Part shown: in pieces, positions 56,533 to 64,000 of the stretch
Numbering within the stretch: the stretch's first letter is position 1
Layout: each line of letters begins with the position of its first letter
Made by a program: the position numbers and the translations under genes
The notes under the pieces: generated by a model
What the model saw: only the letters and a program-made list of their open reading frames with translations
Told to the model about the DNA's origin: nothing
Databases searched by the model: none
Origin: Sminthopsis crassicaudata
Lineage: Eukaryota
Direction of reading: 5' to 3'
Length of the DNA stretch: 64,000 bases
Assembly: GCF_048593235.1 (NCBI RefSeq)
Contig: NC_133620.1
Span: 291,725,765-291,789,764 of the forward strand

Positions 56533-57550
56533 ATTGTTGCGAGCTGTCGTCTCCAGAAGCTGCTGGATCGCTCTCTGGGAAGAGATCTGCTGTGTCTACT
56601 CAAATCTCTCAGACAGATTCTTCTTCCTGTAACGAACCGTTGTCTCCAGGCAGTTGCTGTTAACTCTTGTCCAAAGAAGTGACTTCCCTTCCTGCAGAGA
56701 GCCCCGTCAAGCCTGATGCAATTCAGAGTCTTCTTTTCTCTTGAATCCTGGCTCTGAATCTCCTCCAACTCTTATCCTTCTTCAGGCCGATCTGCTCTCT
56801 GCGCCCAGTGCTGTCTCTTTTTATCCTCCCAGAGAATGGGCGTGGGATAATGCAAAGGCTTCTGGGAAGAACCACCCCAGCCAATGAGCTTGCCCCCTCT
56901 ATCAAGTCAACCTGAGTTCTCACCTTGTAATTGTCCAGAAAACCTGAATTCTCACCTTGTCACCATCCAGACAACCTCAGTTCTCACCTAGTAATCCCAA
57001 CACTATGTGATTCTGGGTAAATCTCCAATTGCCTCAGAAAAAAAAAAAAAAAAAAAAAAGAATTTGCACACTCAGTCTCCAAGTTAAAAGACAAAGATTT
57101 ACAGCACTGCTTGATAGTGGGTTATTGAAGGGAAATCTAGCTAAGACGAATCTAGAAGATAATTTTGCAGGAAAAAGAAACAAAGATTAGATTGATATGC
57201 TAATATTATGATTTAGAGGTACAATTGCAGAGTAGTAGGAGTAGTGTAGTTCTCATCATTTCGTTCTACAAGTTAGGAACCAACTGAATCAGTATTAAAT
57301 TACTACTATTGGCCAGTGTTGTTTGTGGTACTCCCAAGGCCAGCTAGCCTTCTCAGGCCTTGCAACTTTTTCAACTTCATCACTGTACAAGTTATATTGG
57401 TATTTTTCAATTTTTCTTCAATCAACCAAGAACCAATTGATTATGTTCTAATCACTGTATCCAACACTAGGAATACAAAAACAAAATGGGCACTTCCCAT
57501 CCTTAAGGAACTTAACATTCTAATGGTGGAAAAAAGTGTGTGTGTATGTG

Positions 57551-58071
57551 TGTAACATAAACTGAGATCTTTGGGGGAGAAATGGTGGTGAGGTGAACCC
57601 TGAAATTTACCCCTTCTTGGGGAAGTTCCTTTATTTCAAACTCTTCTCTGGGAGAGGCCCACCCTCAGGGAATCAAGATAAGTGGTCTCATTCAGTTGGA
57701 AATCTTGGCCAGGGATGTGGTCTCACTCTCTATTGGGTTGAAGATTAGTCTGGAACTGTTCCCAGGAATTTAAACACCCAGTTAAGTAATTTTATTCAAT
57801 TGGAGATCTTGGCCTGACAGTCAGCTCAAACTGCTCCCCAGCCCCTAGGCCAAAATTTATTCATATAATCAGTGGTTGGTCAAACTCTCTTTGCAGAAAT
57901 CCCAAACAGGATTATGCCCTCCCAGGACTTTTGCCCACTGGTAAAGATATTATCTTCTCAGTGTCAATAAATCCCTTTTGCCCCACAGATTTTGGGTTTG
58001 TAAATTCTTTCTCATTGGACCTGCACCTCCAATCAGAGGGCATTTCCCATCCCAATTCTCGAACCTCATCA
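57551..58071. mobile_element. Old LTR-like sequence(s)
   Basis: TG start, CA end, AATAAA at ~57966; possibly two fragments. Confidence 0.4.
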
Positions 58072-58089
58072 CAACTACCACTGACCTCA

Positions 58090-58091
<2 letters not shown>

Positions 58092-58137
<46 letters not shown>
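58092..58137. repeat. (GT)n microsatellite
   Basis: Perfect GT run of ~23 units. Confidence 0.95.
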
Positions 58138-58139
<2 letters not shown>

Positions 58140-58637
58140 TTTATGAAAGAAAGGGATTGCTAGGGAGACCAAGAAAAAGTTCATATAAAGATTTCAACAT
58201 TTTTTTGTCCTATGTACTCCTTGGCTTTCAGTAAGCATTCCTGTACCCTATATTTAATAAAAGGAAAGAAATGAATTTGCCATGTCCTTATATATGACTT
58301 AAAATAGATTAATTTTCATTTTTTTTTTTAGCATTTTTTTAAGAAAGCAGAGTCAAATTGTTGTGGTTGGAAAGGGACCCCAAAAGATTGGGGAGGTCAC
58401 AGACAAATGTCACAGGGTATCTCAAAAGAATCTGCAGGCTTGAACCATATCCAAGTCAAGGGGCAACATTTTTTGTCATTGTAATACTGATTAAAATGGA
58501 CAAAATTCCAAATGAATTTAGCAAAGAACCAGAAGCAAGAAGACACAGTTAGCTAGATCTTCATTTCATTGATATGCTAATTTTATGGCCTAGAGGAGAA
58601 CTGAGGTGTGATTTCAAGAATTTGGTTAATCAAGATC

Positions 58638-59133
58638 TGCAAATGCTTAACTTTGCATTTACTATTGCCAGTCTCTCAGAGAAACCTCTGATCACTCTTA
58701 AACCAGTTTTACCAAGCTTACCCCTTTCTGAGGTTTCAGAGGTCTCTGGTACTGTTGCATATGAACAGCAGTTGGAATACAACAATGCACAGGAGAGCAG
58801 TTGTATGCAAGCTCAGGATCTTTATTCACCTATCTACATCCTACCCTTTGACCTCCTGCATTCTCTTAGTTCCTACTCCCAACAGAGCTCCAAGGTAAAA
58901 ACAGAGTGAGCTCCTCCTCCTTACACTTTAAATAGGGTCTATGAGGTCACAAGAATAGCCAATCAGAGAAGGAGACACTCCCTGTTAAGGAAACTATTTA
59001 AATATGGCCAGAGTTCCCGCCCACAATGTGGTCTCTGTTTGATCATGGAAATTACTTCCAGGTATCTCAAGCATTTCCACTTGTTTACTTCCTGGTTGCA
59101 CAGAGCTGTGACCTTTGTCCTCTGACCCTTACA
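58638..59133 (-). mobile_element. Solo LTR of the same family as 35795-36304
   Basis: Colinear similarity (GCAAGCTCAGGATCTTTATTCAC, TTAAATAGGGTCTATGAGGTCAC, GCCAATCAGAGAAGGAG); no PBS found beside it. Confidence 0.8.
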
Positions 59134-60329
59134 CTGACCAGCAGATCTAAGACTATCCTAAAACCAGTAGATTTTTAGAATCATTGACAGATTGTTAGAA
59201 CAATAGCATCCTGAGTTTAGAGAGTCTCAGGATCACTAATATATCTTCCCTGAATTTTAAGGGAAAAAATATTGTTATATTTCCAATCCAGAAGATTTTA
59301 CAATCATTGACAAACAGATTGCCCGAACAATGGTATTTCAATGTTGGGAGTGGGGTGGGGTGGAGAACTCAGGATCACAGATTCCAAAGTCAAAAGATTT
59401 AGAATCACTGACATTGTTATGACAGAAGCTCCCTAAGATCAGGGGACCTCAAAATGATTGCTATATTTCCCCTAGAAGCTATAAAATATCATTATAAATA
59501 ATGAGACTATTTATAAATAAATGTATAAAATCATAACAGGGATAAAATTTGGTTGACAAAAAACATTGCTAACATTGTTTCTTGTCAGCCTTGTTATGAT
59601 TGAGATGCCTATATATTCTCATATTTCAATTTGTTTTCTGCTTTGGACTGGATTTGGACCAGTACTGAGAATCCTTTATTTACAAAGGTAAGTTTATAAA
59701 TGAAATGTAAAACCTTGTGGTATGAATGGGATGAGTTCTTCCAACAGTGTTCCAAAAATGTTGCACTTTTATTCCCTGGAAGCTGTTTTGGCACTTGATT
59801 ATCGGTTAGCCTGTATGAGTCTCTATTTCCCCTCCTATCTCCCCAGACTCACTATCTGGTTTTGGTGAACAGAAATTATTTCATATGTCTCTCACAGAAA
59901 TTTCAGATAACTTTTTATTTTTCCCACCCACCTTTCGCTGCCTCAGAATTCCTTCTCCAACTCATGGTTTCCCCTCCCCCCACTGTTATTTTTGAGATGT
60001 TTTTCAAGTTCCCTGTAACCTCTGGGAAGCACAGAGACCCAAGAGGGAGCCACTGATACGCGTGATGATAGTTGAGCTGAGTCTAGAAGGAAACCAGAGG
60101 GTTCCAAAAAGAGGTGAGGCAGAAGAATTTTCTAGAGAAGAGGTGCTTAATAGAAATGTTGTCTCCTTCCTGGCACCCCGTAAACAGTTCTGCACACAGA
60201 CGGATCTAACTAAACTCTGATTCTCTCCCAGTTCTTGTAAAGTGCTCAGCGTACAACTCTGCTTGATGGAAATTTCGCCTCAAAGCTCTGTGCAGACCCT
60301 GGTTTAAACTTTTCCGGCGGAACCTGAAC

Positions 60330-60720
60330 AGCCCCAAGCCTAAACCCAGGCCGCCCAGTCCAGTCTTCTTCAATCCTCCCTCCCCACCTGTCAGCCCTCC
60401 AGGAAGGACCAAGCAGGGCCAAATGCTTCCCCCGACGGATTTAAGTCCGGACTAAGAGTTTCTGGAGGATGCCGGCACTGTACGTGATGACGTAAGGAAT
60501 CACGCATCACCCAAGAGGCTAGGGAGAAGGCGGGGCGACTTGGCTGGGGGGGGGGTGGGGGGGAATTTGCCGCTGGAGGAGCCGCGGCTGGAACCGGGGT
60601 GATGGCGAAGCTGCTAAGCTGCGTCTTAGGCCCCCGGCTCTACCGGATCTATCGAGAGAGGGACTCAGGAAGAACCCAATCCAGCGTTCCCGGGACACCG
60701 GCTGCCATTGCCACCTCCCC
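60330..60720 (+). promoter_or_regulatory. ABHD16A CpG-island promoter
   Basis: CpG-rich; CRE-like TGACGTAA at ~60487; GC box GGCGGGGC at ~60530. Confidence 0.6.
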
Positions 60721-63337
60721 GACCGAGTCCTGGGTGAGTCTTGTTCTCCCTCTCCCCCAGCTGGAGTCATGGTATGGTCCAAACCCGTTGCTACTTTAGC
60801 TCCCCGGAAGCACCCATAATTGGAATTAGGGGGAGCGTGTTAGTCTGCCGATTTCCCCACAAATACTGACCATCTGGATCTTTCCGGTGCCATTTAAGTG
60901 CTTGTGGAGGGAGCGTTTTTCCTTTCCCTCCATCTGTCTGTTTACACCTTCCTAATTTCTCTTTTATCTCGTTTGCTTTTTTTAACCTTACTCCCCTCTC
61001 CGCCCCCCTCCCCGGTTCAGCACTCCACCCTACTCGCGCGGGTTCTCCTGGTTCCTGCCGAAGCGCAGATGCTATTGGAAAGGGTGTGTTCTGACGGTGT
61101 TTGCCATTAAACTCCCTGCGTCTCAGTTCGAACTGTCGCTTTGTCCTTTTCTCTCCAGGTGTTTCACCTATGTTTGGCTCTTCATTTCCTTCTCGTAACG
61201 ACTTCCCACCTACTTAGGCGCTGGTCCCCCGCCCCCAGAGTGGTGGTTGCCCCCTCCCACTCTGCCAGACCTGGAGAGCCCCACGAGGCAACTCTATTTT
61301 TAGAAGCAGGAGACATTTTATATTGTGTCCACTCATTGTGTCCACTGCCCCAGCCGCCCCGTTCTCTTTTTCTAATTTCTGCCATCTCTTCAGGCTTCCC
61401 CAGTTTGTTCTTCATAAAAGACTCCTTCCTTCTCCTGGGTCTCCCTCCCCCACCGTGTTTCATCCATCTCCAGAGGGGAGTTGCGAAAAAGGGGACAAAA
61501 GTCATTCATGGCTTTCTTCCCTGCTCTGGTGGTTTGGATCTTCCTTGGAGTAAGAGTGGGAGCGATGGAGTGGGGAGCCTGAGGTGGGCCTGTCCGGGAC
61601 AGAGGAGACCCGAATCTAGAGAGGTCCGAACGAGGTCCAGGCACCTACAGGCGGGGGGTGCTTTCAGGGGAGGCTCCAACTGACTGCACAGGGCTAGGGT
61701 GTTTTTTTTTCTTTTTTCCAGGAGTCTTATTATCAGCCCAGGGCCCTAGAGAAGCACGCTGACAGCATCCTGGCCTTGGTGAGTTGGTCCTCTGCACTCT
61801 TCCCTCCCCAGACTTGTTTATGGCCCCTTCCCAGTGCAGAAGACTGATTAGGTTCTGAGCACGGGCTTTGAGCCCCAGCTGAGGAATTCTTTTCTCCCGG
61901 CTGTTAAGCCATACATCTTCCTCTGAGACTGTACAGGGGGTGAGGAAAACATGTTTACTCCCAGTTGGGACCTTCCCCGGGTACTAACTGCAAATACTAC
62001 ATCTCCTCAAGCAACAGGCTTTCTTTGCTTTGGTGAGAGCTCTTCTCTCCACTGGAGTTTTCATGTCAACATTTTTTCATACTGTCATTTGGGGACCAGA
62101 ACATACCAAGTAGCAATGATGTAAAACATTCAGACAAATTGTATAGGAAGAAAATGCCTTTTAAGTTTGAAAAGATCATTTTTTTTTTTTTTTTAGATCT
62201 GTACCTGAGGAAGTTTCTTTTTGTATCAATATTCATTAGCAGTATTGATCATGACAGATGTATGATACAGTGGATAAAGGGCTGAGCTTTAAATCAGGAA
62301 GACTTGAATTAAAATCTATCCTTAGGCATTCCTTAAAGGGTGTGACAAGTCACTCAACCCTTTTCTGCCTTAGTTTCCCCATCTATAAAATGGGAAAAAT
62401 AATGGCACCCATCTTCAAGAATCTTGTGCAGATCCAATAGGATGATATAATTAATTAGGCTTCCTAGAAAAGCTAAGAAGAAAGCACTGTGCAAAGTGAG
62501 TTCAATCCTAGAAATTTACTACTTATGTAACCTGAGCAAAGAAAACAAATTAATTGTCGGACATACAGATCTTATTCATATTGAGGCTGGCTAACTTGGG
62601 GAAAAATGCATTCCCCCCCTATTTTTCCCCCACCCCTCCAATGCATTTCTCTACTGCCTTTTCTCCCATGTATATCTTAATTTTCCTTTCCTCTTACCCT
62701 TTGACTTCCCTGTTTGATAATTTGCAAGACACTTCCAGTCTTCTTATCACCATTATTAATCACCCTTGGAAGAGTGAATTTTGGCAGAATGGAACATGCT
62801 TTCCTTAAACTCCTCCTCCCTTTAATATGGTTGTTCCAAATTACTTTTCATGCCACTTTGGAATGCTTGACTTTCTCCAGATTGGTCAGAATCCAGTGTT
62901 GGAAATGGGGGAGCATTCAAAGCAAAAGGAAAAACCTGACTGTCTATTTGTCCATTTTCCTACCACAGGCCTCAGTTCTCTGGTCCATCTCTTATTATTC
63001 CTCCCCCTTGGCTTTCTTCTACTTGTACAGAAAAGGTCAGTGTGGAGTTAAATTACTGGGTTGGGTTTTGGATAGTACAAATTTTGATTAAAAAAGAGAA
63101 TCTTGTCTCAGGAGAAGGGTTCCTCTTGTGTTAGTAGGTATAGCAAATGCTCCCCAGAAAGACCAAGCAAATGCCCCAAATTAGGCTTTGAATAGAGGGG
63201 AAGAGCAACAGATGAAGGAAGAGCTTGAACTCAGCTTTTTCTCTTTTCAGGTTACTTGTGTATGTCAAAGGTGGTACCCTTCTCTCATTATGCAGGGACA
63301 TTGCTACTGCTTCTAGCAGGTGTGGCCTGTCTTCGAG
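60602..63337 (+). CDS. ABHD16A: Phosphatidylserine lipase ABHD16A (BAT5), first four coding exons; gene continues beyond the window
   Basis: Exons 60602-60733 (MAKLLSCVLGPRLYRIYRERDS...SW), 61722-61778 (ESYYQPRALEKHADSILAL), 62969-63035 (ASVLWSISYYSSPLAFFYLYRK), 63251-63337 (GYLCMSKVVPFSHYAGTLLLLLAGVACLR); canonical splice sites. Confidence 0.96.
62270..62450 (+). mobile_element. MIR-type SINE in ABHD16A intron
   Basis: CORE-SINE phrases (CCCCATCTATAAAATGGG). Confidence 0.6.
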
Positions 63338-64000
63338 GTGAGCAAACCAAAATAGGCAAATTTAATATGCAGATATTTATTAATCACTTCTTGTTCTGGG
63401 CTTGGGGAGCACAAAGTAAGATTCTTTCCTTGTAGAATTTAGAGTTTCAGTGGAGAGATAAAACATAGTTGAATGAAAGATAAATGTAAAAAGAAGCTTG
63501 TGATAAATGTTAATGAATGGTTTGGCTGATGAATGTATTGGTTAGAGAAATTCCCAGAAACGATAGAATTTGAGCTGGGCGGACCGGAACTAGATTAGTG
63601 GAAAGAATAGAAGAAGACATTATATTTCCTGGAAAAAATATGATCTGAGCATGGAAGGGCCTAGCAAATTTAGGAGACATTGAGGAAACTAGTTTGATTA
63701 AAGTGTTTTTAGGGAAGTGGTGTGAAATAAGGCCTGGAAAGGTAGTTTGAGATTAAACTAGATTCAAAGAAGGCTTTGAAATTCTAAATTGGAATTTATT
63801 CAGCCGACCAAGTAACAATAAAAGTGATGCTTTATGAAGATTTAATGTGATGGATTAGAGAAGAATAAGATTAGTGAGGAGATTGTCATAATGATCTTGG
63901 GATGAGGCGATAATAGACTTGAATTAATATTCTGGAAAAGAAAGGAATAAAAAGAAAGAGATGAGTGAAAGTAAGAAACGGTTTCAAAGGGAGGATGCAT

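Larger units (their letters stand above)
54138..57002 (-). mobile_element. Very young non-autonomous betaretrovirus-like mini-provirus
   Basis: LTRs 54138-54605 and 56535-57002 (468 bp each, identical on base-by-base reading), TG...CA ends, 6-bp TSD CTATGT, PBS and PPT; internal region only 1929 bp. Confidence 0.98.
54053..57059 (+). mobile_element. WSINE1-type SINE split by the young ERV
   Basis: 5' half 54053-54137, 3' half plus poly(A) 57003-57059; TSD AAGAATTTGCA(T/C)ACT. Confidence 0.9.

Noticed and set aside
35795-59133. One 23-kb provirus bounded by the two Z-family LTRs
   Set aside because: The LTRs are quite diverged with indels, there is no PBS beside the right copy, no matching TSD, and LY6G6F remnants lie between them.
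60206-60412. 68-aa minus-strand ORF upstream of ABHD16A
   Set aside because: No recognisable homology or splice context; it lies in promoter sequence.
61141-61683. Overlapping 180/107/84-aa ORFs in ABHD16A intron 1
   Set aside because: Non-ATG or weak starts and no domain signal; an alternative exon cannot be supported from sequence alone.

Overview
Marsupial genomic DNA (WSINE1-type SINEs and marsupial-style L1 3' ends suggest a dasyurid; species cannot be determined from the sequence alone) from the MHC class III region. Gene order: MSH5 (minus; 24 coding exons, last one cut by the window edge), CLIC1 (+, complete, 241 aa), DDAH2 (+, complete), MPIG6B/G6b-B (minus, complete, ITIM and ITSM intact), a ~31 kb retroelement-dense block, then ABHD16A (+, first 4 coding exons). 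In human the block between MPIG6B and ABHD16A holds LY6G6C/D/E/F. Here I find only decayed remnants of LY6G6F (three in-frame stops in the Ig exon, exon 3 cut off at an LTR) and LY6G6C (exon 1 with frameshift and GT>AT donor), and nothing recognisable of LY6G6D/E. The block contains at least four class II (betaretrovirus-like) ERV remnants, several solo LTRs, L1s and SINEs. The stand-out element is a very young 2.9 kb mini-provirus (54138-57002, minus): two identical 468-bp LTRs, a 6-bp TSD, no gag/pro/RT core/env, an open RNase H-integrase frame, two tandem primer-binding sites for different tRNA-Lys species, and a central polypurine tract identical to its 3' PPT. An older sibling 4 kb away carries the complementary deletion (gag kept, pol lost). 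An L1 with an apparent ~330-bp 3' transduction is also present. All alignments were done by eye against recalled human/viral sequences; no database searches were run.
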